This document shows, piece by piece, positions 17,834 to 26,381 of a DNA stretch of 64,000 nt (position 1 is the first letter of the stretch; each line of letters begins with the position of its first letter). The stretch spans positions 1,387 to 65,386 of the forward strand of contig JAFCDN010000003.1 of assembly GCA_017609625.1 (NCBI GenBank). Direction: 5' to 3'. The DNA is from Candidatus Iainarchaeum sp. (GTDB taxonomy: Archaea; Iainarchaeota; Iainarchaeia; Iainarchaeales; 1-14-0-10-31-34). The translations under genes were made by a program, and so were the position numbers. The notes under the pieces are model-generated. The model saw nothing but the letters and a program-made list of their open reading frames with translations, searched no databases and was not told the origin of the DNA.

Positions 17834-19327
17834 TTAGGATTTTTTGATTACTAAAACTTTTCCTTCAAAACCATTGTTTCTGATTTCAGACAAAACTGAA
17901 AGCATCTGCCACAAATAAGGGGTTTTTTCCTCTAAAACAATTTCAGTTGATTTTTCTTCTAAATTGTCTGTTTTTCGAATTATCTTTGAAGCAAGAAATT
18001 CTTCCCGGAGTAAGTCATCTGAATTAAAATCATCAGTGAACCATAAAATCTTGTATGATTCAATTTTTTTCATTGGAGTAACCTGTTCAACATACAGATA
18101 AGAGTCTGAACTGAATTTTTTTTGCAGTAAAACTTCTAATTCTCCTGTGCGGAAATTTCTTTCAGGCTGAATTAAAGCATAATAGCTCCAGCCTGCTTTA
18201 TCTGACTCCAATATTTCTCCAAAGGCTTTTACTTTTGCATCAACTTTTTCTTTTCCTAATTCAGCCGGCAGGCCGTAAACAAAAATTCCTGCGTTTTCCG
18301 GCTTTTCCTGAAAAGTCAAGGCAAGATAGCCTGGCTGGATTTCTCTTCCAAAAGAAAATTCAAGGTATTCTTCTGCAGTAATAAAAAGAGAAGAAAAGAA
18401 AATCAAAGCCAAAACAATGTTCAGCAAACTAAAGTTTAATCTTCCTGCTTTTTTTTCTGAGAAAAAATAATAACTTAAACCAAAAAACAAAATAATTGCA
18501 GAAGCATAAAAGTTGTTTCCTATTTCCAATGGAACAACAACATCAGCAAAACCAATAAAACCAATAACCATTAAAGGCAGCAGAGTTGCAAGAGCACGGT
18601 TTTCTATTTTCAAATAATTTTTTGAGAGGTAAAGCGTAATGAAAAATATTGCCATCATTGCAGCGCCTGAAGCAACTCCGCCGTCTAAAACAGAAATCAA
18701 GACTGCTAAAAGGCCTGCACTGAAAACCAGAAAATCAAAGAAAGAAATCTCTTTTATTCTGGAATTGATATACAAAATTCCTGCAAACAAAATCACTGCT
18801 TCAATCAATAAATAAAAGAAAGCCCAAAGTTCAGGGTCTGAAATAAAAGAATACCAAGGAAAACCATCATCAAAGCCTTTCAAATTCAAACCAAGAAAAG
18901 ATTCAACCACATACAAAGAAGCTTTAGGGAAATGATTATGGCTTAATTTTGATGCCTGCCAGCTTAATACTCCGTCTTTTTCTGCTATTGTGGCAAAAGG
19001 CCCAAAAGACTGGAATTCCGCTGCAATCAAAGAAAACTGAAGCAAACCCAAAAAATAACCTAAAACAGCAAAAGCAAGGAAAAAGAAGAGAAGTTTTTTA
19101 GAGAAAGGCTGTAGTTTTTTGTATAAATTGAATTTAATGCAAGCAAAAGAAATTAAAGGCAAAAAGAAAAACCAGAAAAGCATTACAAGGGTTTTTCCAA
19201 TAGAGTTTCCTTCAAAAACAGCTTGGCTTGCTCCGTGCACTAATAAAAGAAAAAAATCGCTTAAAAGCGAAAATAAAGCAATAATTAAAACAAAAGCAGA
19301 AAAATACAAGAGGTTTTTTCTATTCAT
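17834..19327 (-). CDS. Polytopic membrane protein with C-terminal soluble domain, unknown function
   Basis: 497 aa, many hydrophobic helices. No motif recognised. Confidence 0.6.
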   Translation of the reverse strand: MNRKNLLYFSAFVLIIALFSLLSDFFLLLVHGASQAVFEGNSIGKTLVMLFWFFFLPLISFACIKFNLYKKLQPFSKKLLFFFLAFAVLGYFLGLLQFSLIAAEFQSFGPFATIAEKDGVLSWQASKLSHNHFPKASLYVVESFLGLNLKGFDDGFPWYSFISDPELWAFFYLLIEAVILFAGILYINSRIKEISFFDFLVFSAGLLAVLISVLDGGVASGAAMMAIFFITLYLSKNYLKIENRALATLLPLMVIGFIGFADVVVPLEIGNNFYASAIILFFGLSYYFFSEKKAGRLNFSLLNIVLALIFFSSLFITAEEYLEFSFGREIQPGYLALTFQEKPENAGIFVYGLPAELGKEKVDAKVKAFGEILESDKAGWSYYALIQPERNFRTGELEVLLQKKFSSDSYLYVEQVTPMKKIESYKILWFTDDFNSDDLLREEFLASKIIRKTDNLEEKSTEIVLEEKTPYLWQMLSVLSEIRNNGFEGKVLVIKKS

Positions 19328-19397
19328 TTAAATACCTTAAAACATTAAACTAGCATAAAGTTAAATAGATTATTCTGTTCAATAAATAGGGAAGTAA

Positions 19398-20087
19398 ATG
19401 ACAAACGAAAAAGTGCAGTTAAATTCTGCTTTAAAAAAAGCAGAAAATAATTTATATAAAGTTTCAAAACAGTTTGCTGAAGCAGAAGAACTGAATAAAA
19501 TGATTAAAGAAACATACGACAATCTGCTTGCAATAGAAAAACTAACAGAAGAAAATCCTTCATTGAATTCAATTGCATCAAAAGAGATAAAAGAAAAAAA
19601 GCTTGTATCATTGCATAAAAAAATGGAAGAAGACCTTTCAGTTTTAAAAGAAAAAGTTAATTCTTTTGAAGATAAGGCAACAAGAACAAAACTGTTTCTT
19701 GAAAGCTTTAGAACAAACAGGATATATGAATTTAAAGAAGAAGAGTCAATGGCAGAATTTGTAAAACAAGCTTATCCTTTATTTTCTATTTCAAGAATTT
19801 CATTCAAACCAGAGTTTGTTGGAACAGTTAATTTAGAAGAAATAGCAGGAGAACTAAAAGAAGAGCCAAAAGGAAATCAACTGCTTAATATGCCTGTAGA
19901 AAAAGTTTCAAAGCTTTTAGAAATAATAGAAAAAAAAAGCTTATTCAAAAACGCTAGGATAGAAAACGAACTGCTGAAAATAGTATTAAAAGGCAAAAAA
20001 ACCATTTCAGTTGATTCAGACAACACAAGAATCAGAAGGCTTGACAGGCTATGCAAACAGTTTGACGGAACATGGAAAGAAGACTAA
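19398..20087 (+). CDS. Coiled-coil K/E-rich hypothetical protein
   Basis: 229 aa with a heptad-like charged sequence. No motif recognised. Confidence 0.5.
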   Translation: MTNEKVQLNSALKKAENNLYKVSKQFAEAEELNKMIKETYDNLLAIEKLTEENPSLNSIASKEIKEKKLVSLHKKMEEDLSVLKEKVNSFEDKATRTKLFLESFRTNRIYEFKEEESMAEFVKQAYPLFSISRISFKPEFVGTVNLEEIAGELKEEPKGNQLLNMPVEKVSKLLEIIEKKSLFKNARIENELLKIVLKGKKTISVDSDNTRIRRLDRLCKQFDGTWKED

Positions 20088-20162
20088 AAAACTTTTAAGA
20101 AAAGTTTTATCAAAAACAACTTTTAAAAAAAGTTGTATCAAAACAAGCTTTTAAAAAAGTTT
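20088..20162. repeat. AT-palindrome/CAAAAAC-linker repeat units (3 units)
   Basis: AAAACTTTTaagAAAAGTTTT-atcaaaaac-AACTTTTaaaaaaAGTT-gtatcaaaac-AAGCTTTTaaaaaAGTTT. Confidence 0.6.
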
Positions 20163-20189
20163 AAAAAAAATTATAAATAAAAAAAGTGA

Positions 20190-21068
20190 TTGAAAATGAA
20201 AGACAGAGTCAGAGTCAATAGAGGTCTTGCTAAAATGCTAAAAGGCGGCTGCATAATGGATATAACCAATGACAAGCAGGCAAAAATAGCAGAAAAAGCA
20301 GGCGCAGTTTCAGTAATGGCATTAGAAAGGATTCCAGCAGACATAAGAAAAGACGGTGGAGTAGCAAGAATGTCAGACCCTGCTTTAATAAAAAAAATAA
20401 TGAAAGCAGTTTCAATTCCAGTAATGGCAAAAGTAAGGATAGGGCATTTCGGGGAAGCACAGATTTTAGAAGAATTAGGAATAGATTTTATTGATGAATC
20501 AGAAGTATTAACTCCAGCAGACCAAGAGTTTCATATAGACAAAACAAAATTCAAAACTCCTTTTGTCTGCGGAGCAATAGATTTAGGACAGGCTTTAAGA
20601 AGAATAAACGAAGGCGCAAGCATGATTAGAACAAAAGGAGAAGCAGGAACAGGAAACATAATTGAAGCAGTAAAACATGTTAGAACAATAAATTCAGAAA
20701 TTACAACTCTAAAAGGAAAAGATACTGATGAACAGAAATTATGGGCAAGAAAACAAAATGTTCCGGATTCTTTGCTAAAAGAAACTCTGAAAAAAGGAAA
20801 AATTCCTGTAGTAAATTTTGCTGCAGGAGGAATTGCAACTCCGGCAGACGTTGCATTAGTAATGCAGTTAGGAGTTGAAGGGGTTTTTGTCGGTTCAGGA
20901 ATATTTAAATCAAGCAACCCAGCAAAACTGGGCAGAGCAATAGTTCAGGCAACCACATACTTTGACAAGCCGGATAAGATTGCAAAAGCTTCTTTTAATT
21001 TAGGAAAAGCAATGAAAGGAAACGAAATATCTGAATTAAAAGAAAAATACGCCAAACGCGGAGTTTAA
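20190..21068 (+). CDS. pdxS: Pyridoxal 5'-phosphate synthase, synthase subunit PdxS
   Basis: [14 protein letters not shown]...[26 protein letters not shown]...[19 protein letters not shown] at 20196. Confidence 0.95.
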   Translation: MKMKDRVRVNRGLAKMLKGGCIMDITNDKQAKIAEKAGAVSVMALERIPADIRKDGGVARMSDPALIKKIMKAVSIPVMAKVRIGHFGEAQILEELGIDFIDESEVLTPADQEFHIDKTKFKTPFVCGAIDLGQALRRINEGASMIRTKGEAGTGNIIEAVKHVRTINSEITTLKGKDTDEQKLWARKQNVPDSLLKETLKKGKIPVVNFAAGGIATPADVALVMQLGVEGVFVGSGIFKSSNPAKLGRAIVQATTYFDKPDKIAKASFNLGKAMKGNEISELKEKYAKRGV

Positions 21069-21075
21069 ATCTCTG

Positions 21076-21513
21076 CTACTCTTTTTTAACATATATTTTC
21101 CACTTTCCAAATTTTTCCAGCAATTCAGTAGTAGAAAACACTTTTACTTCATCCTGTTTCTTTAGTGCTTTATCATTGGACCATAAAGCAATATCTTTGG
21201 ATAAAGCTAAAGCAAAAAATTCTGTGTCGTTTGGGTCAGGGCAAACCTTTCTTGCTAAAGGAATAAAGTGTTCAAATTCTTTCGATTCAATAAAATTTAT
21301 TCTAGAAAAAATTAAAGATAAAGCTAAATCAAATTCTTCTTCAGAAAAGCCAGATTTTCTTTGTATTTCTTTTCTGTGTTTTTCAATTTCTTCTAGCAGT
21401 AATTCTGGAGCATGCAATTTAAGGGAACTGAAAAACATTAAGCGTCTTGTTTTTCCTTTAGAAGAAATAATTGAAGAAAAAACAACATTTGAGTCTATTA
21501 CTAACTCCATCAA
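21076..21513 (-). CDS. PIN-domain ribonuclease (VapC-like toxin)
   Basis: Acidic residues in PIN positions: LVIDSNV, DPNDTEFFALAL, LWSNDKAL. 4-nt overlap with the upstream small ORF. Confidence 0.72.
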   Translation of the reverse strand: MMELVIDSNVVFSSIISSKGKTRRLMFFSSLKLHAPELLLEEIEKHRKEIQRKSGFSEEEFDLALSLIFSRINFIESKEFEHFIPLARKVCPDPNDTEFFALALSKDIALWSNDKALKKQDEVKVFSTTELLEKFGKWKIYVKKE

Positions 21514-21746
21514 CGAGCACCGGACTTCTTTGCATACCTTTCATGCAGGGATTTATTTATTTTCTTCCCAAGTTCCAGTGCGTCTTTTTCAGTCAGTTTT
21601 GATTTTGAAGCAAGAGAATCCAATACTCTAAGCTGTAAAATTTTTTCTTTTATTGCTTCTCTTGCAACCTCTGACCAGTTAACAAACTTTGATTTTTCCA
21701 TTTCTTTCTTCAACTCCTCTGGAACTGATAAAGTTATTATAGGCAT
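21510..21746 (-). CDS. VapB-like antitoxin
   Basis: 78 aa. MPIITLSVPEELKKEMEKSKFVNWSEVAREAIKEKI is typical of archaeal antitoxins paired with PIN. Confidence 0.6.
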   Translation of the reverse strand: MPIITLSVPEELKKEMEKSKFVNWSEVAREAIKEKILQLRVLDSLASKSKLTEKDALELGKKINKSLHERYAKKSGAR

Positions 21747-21851
21747 ACGGAAGGCCTCCGATATTTAATTTATTTAAAATATTTAATACACATAACAAAT
21801 ATAAACATTTGCAAAGTAGACTGCCTCTGAAAGCAAAGAAAATAAAACTTT

Positions 21852-22451
21852 TTGGAGCATATTTATTTCATTGATTTGTTAAGTGATTTAATGCTAATAG
21901 GAATTCTTTCTTTACAGGGAGATTTTGAGGAACACAAAGAAATTTTAGACAAACTTAAAGTGAAAAATGTTTTTGTTAACACCAGAAAAGATTTGAATAA
22001 AGTTGATGCACTAATTGTTCCAGGCGGGGAATCAACTACTATTGCAAAGCTTTTGAAAGAAACCGGTTTAGGAGCAAAAATAATTTCCAGAGCAAAAAAA
22101 GGACTGCCTGTTTTTGGAACCTGCGCTGGAGCAATTGTTTTGGCAAAAAAAATAATCGGAAAAAATGGTTATTCTTTGAAACTGCTTAATGCTACAATGG
22201 AAAGAAATCCTTATGGTTCGCAGCAAAACTCTTTTGATAAAAAAATTAAAACTTCTTTTGGAACAATTTCAGTTTCTTTTATTCGCGCGCCAAAAATCAG
22301 TGCACTTGGAAAAAACGTTAAAGTGCTGGGAAAAATGAAAAACCTTCCGGTAATCATTCGCGAAAAAAACATTTTGGCTTCAGCCTGCCATCCGGAAATT
22401 GCTTTAGACACAAAACTGCATAAATACTTTTTGGGAATGATAAAAAGTTAG
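21852..22451 (+). CDS. pdxT: Pyridoxal 5'-phosphate synthase, glutaminase subunit PdxT
   Basis: IGILSLQGDFEEH, PGGESTT, GTCAGAI, ACHPE. Probable start at 21891. Confidence 0.9.
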   Translation: MEHIYFIDLLSDLMLIGILSLQGDFEEHKEILDKLKVKNVFVNTRKDLNKVDALIVPGGESTTIAKLLKETGLGAKIISRAKKGLPVFGTCAGAIVLAKKIIGKNGYSLKLLNATMERNPYGSQQNSFDKKIKTSFGTISVSFIRAPKISALGKNVKVLGKMKNLPVIIREKNILASACHPEIALDTKLHKYFLGMIKS

Positions 22452-22641
22452 TGTATATATCTTATTCTTCATCTATTTTATTGCATTTTCTTAGCATTGT
22501 CTTAGAATGCCCTTCACACATTTTCTGCGTTGAATCCACTTCAATTAAATCAAAAAAACATTTCACTTTACCTAAATATGTTGTTTTAACTTCCACAGTG
22601 CCATCAACAAAAATCTCGTGCTTAATATTTGTGAATACTAC

Positions 22642-22974
22642 CTATGCAGTAAGCTCATCATATTTAACAATTTCTGCTTCCCCGCTTCCTGCAGTAACAT
22701 CTTTTCCTGCACCTAACTGTGAATATGGGCACCTATCAAATGAATTATCAATAGAAAGCCCTTTATCATAACTTACTTTAGCTTTTTCTCTGTTTTCCAT
22801 GCTTTCAATAAAACACTCTAAATCTGTTCCGCAATCTTTTACTCCTAATTGAGTACAGCCAACAAAAACAAAAACCAAAAAAACCAACAAAAAAACTTTT
22901 TTTATAAAATCACTTTTAAGTTTGATGCTCAAAGTCGTGCAGCCCTTCATGAATTCTACTTCAGCCAAATTCAA
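22642..22974 (-). CDS. Small Cys-containing lipobox protein. The ORF ends at TAG but stays stop-free in frame for 59 more codons, to 22462.
   Basis: KKVFLLVFLVFVFVGC lipobox. Probable start at MKGC (22950). The extension was read by hand (see findings). Confidence 0.5.
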   Translation of the reverse strand: MNLAEVEFMKGCTTLSIKLKSDFIKKVFLLVFLVFVFVGCTQLGVKDCGTDLECFIESMENREKAKVSYDKGLSIDNSFDRCPYSQLGAGKDVTAGSGEAEIVKYDELTA

Positions 22975-23071
22975 AAATGTCAGTCATAATAGCTATAACT
23001 GCTGCTGCCACTAAAACTGCTCCGCCGATAAGTAAAAGATATTTTAATGCGGCTTGTGCTTTTTCTTCCAT
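22961..23071 (-). CDS. Class-III signal peptide (archaeal type IV pilin-like) small protein, 36 aa. Below the ORF-track size cutoff.
   Basis: Own translation MEEKAQAALKYLLLIGGAVLVAAAVIAIMTDIFEFG. KAQAALKYLLLIGGAVLVAA matches the Class_III signal consensus (K-[GA]-Q..LEYLLLIGG). Confidence 0.6.
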   Translation of the reverse strand: MEEKAQAALKYLLLIGGAVLVAAAVIAIMTDIFEFG

Positions 23072-23144
23072 TAAAACCACTTTTAATAAAAAATTAAAGT
23101 AGTATTTAAGCTTTCACTAAGTAAAAAGCTCTAATCATAGTAGA

Positions 23145-23663
23145 TTATTCAGAGTCAAACAAAAACAACACGCAACATCTCTGGCTGTCTAAACAAGTTG
23201 AAGCACAACCTGAACTGAAAAAATCAAAACCGCGAGAAGAAATAACAGGTGCATAGTTTTCAATCAAATTTTCTGAAACAAATTCATCCTTTGGACCGCA
23301 AATTCCTGCTAACTGAACTCTTGCATCAGAATCTCTTGAATAAGAAATCAAAGAATTTTCCTGCACTTCAAAACCTGTTAAATCTTCTTCAATGCTTAAA
23401 CACACTTGATTTTTTTCCAAAAGAATTTCGTCTGCAAGAGCAGCAGAATTAATTGTATCTTCTTTTGCAAAATAAAATCTAGATGAAACTTTTTCCTTAT
23501 AAGGAGTAGCATCCATTGCTTTCAAAAGGTTTTCAGAATTTTCATAAGGATCATCAGATGGATAATACCAAGGAGTAAAAATATTTAATATAAAATTTAA
23601 GGCTAAAATGCCAAAAACAAAAATTACTACAATAAAAATTGCTTTCTTTATTTTCTCATCCAT
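23145..23663 (-). CDS. N-terminally anchored Cys-containing extracytoplasmic protein
   Basis: TM AIFIVVIFVFGILALNFILNIF. GGAGG Shine-Dalgarno at 23671-23675, 7 nt upstream of the ATG, and 24 nt after the HerA-like stop. Confidence 0.55.
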   Translation of the reverse strand: MDEKIKKAIFIVVIFVFGILALNFILNIFTPWYYPSDDPYENSENLLKAMDATPYKEKVSSRFYFAKEDTINSAALADEILLEKNQVCLSIEEDLTGFEVQENSLISYSRDSDARVQLAGICGPKDEFVSENLIENYAPVISSRGFDFFSSGCASTCLDSQRCCVLFLFDSE

Positions 23664-23687
23664 TAAAATCCCTCCTTTTTCATAAAA

Positions 23688-26282
23688 TCACTCAGTAAAA
23701 GCAGATGCAGTTACTCCGCCGTCCCAGGAAAATCTTGGGCGGATTTTAACCATCCAGAGTTTTTCAGTGTTATCATCTAAAATCAAAGCATAACCTTTAG
23801 AGCGCGGCATTTCCTGATAATATTTGTCAAAGTTCTGATGCATATAAGAAGGGCGTAAAGCAGAAACTGCTTCAATGTCTGGCTGGGAAGTCATTCTATG
23901 GCTGATAAATAAATCACACTGAGAAATAGAATCTGGGTGCAGTTTATTCGGACGCTGGGTTGCAAGCACTAAGCTTAAGCCAGGCTGTCTTCCAACTCTA
24001 ACCCATTCCAATAAAACTTTTAAAGCCATGCTTGGCCTGTCTTTTGGCATAAACATATGAGCTTCATCGATTAGCATCCAGACAATAGGCATATCGCTTG
24101 TTTTTTTTTCTCCTTCAATTAATTTTATTTCTTCTTCTTTTCTGTAAAGCATTCTTTGCTCAAATAATCTCTTGCCTAAAAGAGCAACAATAATTTCTCT
24201 TGTGCCCTCCATTCCAATTGCCTGCCTATAAGCAGAAACATCAATTATTGTAATTTTTCCTGGTTCAGCTAAATCTTTTATTTTTGTTCCTTCCTTTTCA
24301 AACAAGCCCCAACTTTTTGCTATTTTTAATCTGCCAATTACTGCATCTTTTATTCTTTTTTCTGCATCTTTATCTGATTTGATTGCAGCAATGATTTTTG
24401 GGATGTCATACAATGTTCCAAGTTTTTCTTTGACTGATTCTATAATACGGGAAAGCAATACTCCTTCTGGTTCTTTCCAGGTTAAACCAAATAATGCAAG
24501 CCATTCTTCTGATTCTAATTCAGAGACTTTAATTGTAAATGCTCCATCTACAGGGATTTTTTTTTCTTTATAAAAAGATAATTTTCCTTTTGGAACTAAA
24601 ACTCTTGCATCAGTTGCTTCTGGAGTTAAATCCCAGTTAAAGAGTTCTCCTTTTTCTTCTTTGTTTGGAACTTTTAAAGTCCAAAAGATTCCTACAGTGT
24701 CAATTGCAATAACAGAAATTCTTTTTCTTATATGAACAGGCTGGCGGGCAAACTCTTCTAATAAAACAGACATTGTGTAAGAGTTATGAACAATAATGTC
24801 ATTTGCAACAAAATTGTGGTTTTCAGGAACAGTTAAATCATAAACCAGAAACTCTCCGTTTAATTCTTCTATCTCTTTTATTTCATCCCAAAAAATGTCT
24901 GACTGTGCAACCATTTGGATTAATTCATTTTCATCTTCTTTTGCAATCTGCAAAAGCTTTTGCCTGCTTGGAGAATAATGAATACTTTCCCTCAAACTTT
25001 TTGGGAATTTGCGCCCAAACTTTCTTCCAATTTCCGCCCAGTTTTTTGGCCGGTAATGATTCCAGATTTCTTTTGGAATAGTATCAATATTTGGATTCCT
25101 ATTCAAAAAAGTTATTTCCTGAACTGCTTTTTTTTGCAGCAATTCTTTTTTTCCAAAAAAGCCTATTTCTTTCAAAAACTTTTCAACATTTTCTCCTATT
25201 AACTCCAACTCAAAACTGCCAAAAGCTTTTCCATTAAGTATGTTTATTTTTTTTCTTATTGTGTTTAGAATCTCAAACCTTAACAGTAAATGCTGGATTC
25301 CTCTGATTATTTTTTCTGAATTTGAAGCACAAGAAATTCTCCAAGTTTTTGTGTTTTTATCAAAATAAATCGTTCCGTCACAACTGAAATATCTGTTCAA
25401 AAACAAGGCAACTTTTGGCTTTGGAACTTTAAAAATAATCTCAGGAATAAGTTTATCTCCTGAAGTTAAATTATAAATTCCTAGTTCTTCAAACCAGTTT
25501 TTGAGGGTATTGGGTTTATTGAATTTAATTCCTTTTGCAAATTTTCCATTATGCCTTTTGTTTTTCAATATTTTTTGTTTAATATTTTTGCACACTACTC
25601 TATAATTTATGTTAGAACTTAAGTTTACAGTTAAATTTGAATCAAAATCATTTACAGAGTTTTTAAAATCTTCAACTATTTTTTCATCTTTATTAGTAAA
25701 CCAGACAGTTTTTCTTTTTGTATGCCCTTCTGCAATTAAATAAGCCAATAACTTTACTTCGCTTTCTTTTAGAAATTCTTCTCCAAAAGATTCAATCTTT
25801 CTTGGCGTTGCTATTCTGAAGCTTTTTTTTAGTTCTTGTGCGGGTTTCCAGCCATCAATAGTAAGCAAAGGATGCTCTGGTGTTAACTTAATTTCTTTCC
25901 CGCTTCTTAAGGAAACTTTAAGCATCTTGTTTACTTTTCTTTTATAAAACTCTGTCTTCTTTGTTTTTTCCATTTTGTATTTTGAATCTAAACTCAAAAT
26001 TTTTCTTTTGTCTTTTTCTAAATCTTTTATTGGAATTCTTGAACCATCTTCTAATGTAATAAGTGTTTCTCCGTCAAGACACTTTCCTCCGCCTCTTTTG
26101 CCACAGATTAAAACCACATGAGGTTTTGCTATGTCCATTAAAATTTTTCTTCCTAAAACAGGCCTTTCACCTGAACTCATTACAATTTTTGCAATATATG
26201 CTGTGCCTTTTTCTCTGTGCTTTTCTAAGTCATTTAAGCTTCTGCCAACAACAGATCTTTTTTCTCCCAAGTCTATAGCCAT
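23688..26282 (-). CDS. HerA/FtsK-superfamily (DUF87-type) ATPase interrupted by an intein
   Basis: Exteins join to VVLICGKRGGGK|SYTMSVLLEE (Walker A GxxGxGKS). Walker B IVWMLIDEAHMF. LVLATQRP. Only about 55 aa precede the P-loop, so there is no obvious HAS barrel. Confidence 0.82.
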   Translation of the reverse strand: MAIDLGEKRSVVGRSLNDLEKHREKGTAYIAKIVMSSGERPVLGRKILMDIAKPHVVLICGKRGGGKCLDGETLITLEDGSRIPIKDLEKDKRKILSLDSKYKMEKTKKTEFYKRKVNKMLKVSLRSGKEIKLTPEHPLLTIDGWKPAQELKKSFRIATPRKIESFGEEFLKESEVKLLAYLIAEGHTKRKTVWFTNKDEKIVEDFKNSVNDFDSNLTVNLSSNINYRVVCKNIKQKILKNKRHNGKFAKGIKFNKPNTLKNWFEELGIYNLTSGDKLIPEIIFKVPKPKVALFLNRYFSCDGTIYFDKNTKTWRISCASNSEKIIRGIQHLLLRFEILNTIRKKINILNGKAFGSFELELIGENVEKFLKEIGFFGKKELLQKKAVQEITFLNRNPNIDTIPKEIWNHYRPKNWAEIGRKFGRKFPKSLRESIHYSPSRQKLLQIAKEDENELIQMVAQSDIFWDEIKEIEELNGEFLVYDLTVPENHNFVANDIIVHNSYTMSVLLEEFARQPVHIRKRISVIAIDTVGIFWTLKVPNKEEKGELFNWDLTPEATDARVLVPKGKLSFYKEKKIPVDGAFTIKVSELESEEWLALFGLTWKEPEGVLLSRIIESVKEKLGTLYDIPKIIAAIKSDKDAEKRIKDAVIGRLKIAKSWGLFEKEGTKIKDLAEPGKITIIDVSAYRQAIGMEGTREIIVALLGKRLFEQRMLYRKEEEIKLIEGEKKTSDMPIVWMLIDEAHMFMPKDRPSMALKVLLEWVRVGRQPGLSLVLATQRPNKLHPDSISQCDLFISHRMTSQPDIEAVSALRPSYMHQNFDKYYQEMPRSKGYALILDDNTEKLWMVKIRPRFSWDGGVTASAFTE
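24783..26081 (-). mobile_element. Intein (433 aa) with LAGLIDADG homing endonuclease, inserted between K and S of Walker A
   Basis: Starts CLDGETLITLEDGS. Block B is TPEH. LAGLIDADG blocks are KLLAYLIAEGHT and LFLNRYFSCDGT. Ends VYDLTVPENHNFVANDIIVHN followed by +1 Ser. Boundary codons checked on the DNA (AAC at 24785-24783, TCT at 24782-24780). Confidence 0.85.
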
Positions 26283-26327
26283 AGTATCTGTAATAGAATA
26301 GAATAAGTTAATTAAATAGTTTTTGCT

Positions 26328-26381
26328 CCGCCTTTTTCGAAAAAAGACAGGTTGCCAAAAACGTTTTTGCTACGCAAAAAC
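26328..26381. repeat. AT-palindrome/linker repeat units
   Basis: CCGCCTTTTTcgAAAAAAGaCAGG-ttgccaaaaac-GTTTTTGCtacGCAAAAAC. The first unit is near-identical to the reverse complement of 39767-39799. Confidence 0.6.

Noticed and set aside
17689-19327. Integrated element or provirus using tRNA-Val as an attachment site.
   Set aside because: No integrase, no duplicated tRNA 3' fragment and no phage-like genes were seen downstream. Base composition is uniform.
22642-22644. In-frame TAG decoded as pyrrolysine.
   Set aside because: No pylT/pylS/pylBCD genes are in the window and no methylamine methyltransferase context exists. TAG is also used as an ordinary stop in this window, for example by the Sec61beta gene (34854-34856). 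It is kept only as one option to test.
22451-22771. Track ORF 22451-22771 (+), 106 aa.
   Set aside because: It overlaps the better-supported minus-strand lipobox gene and its in-frame extension. Its translation has no features.
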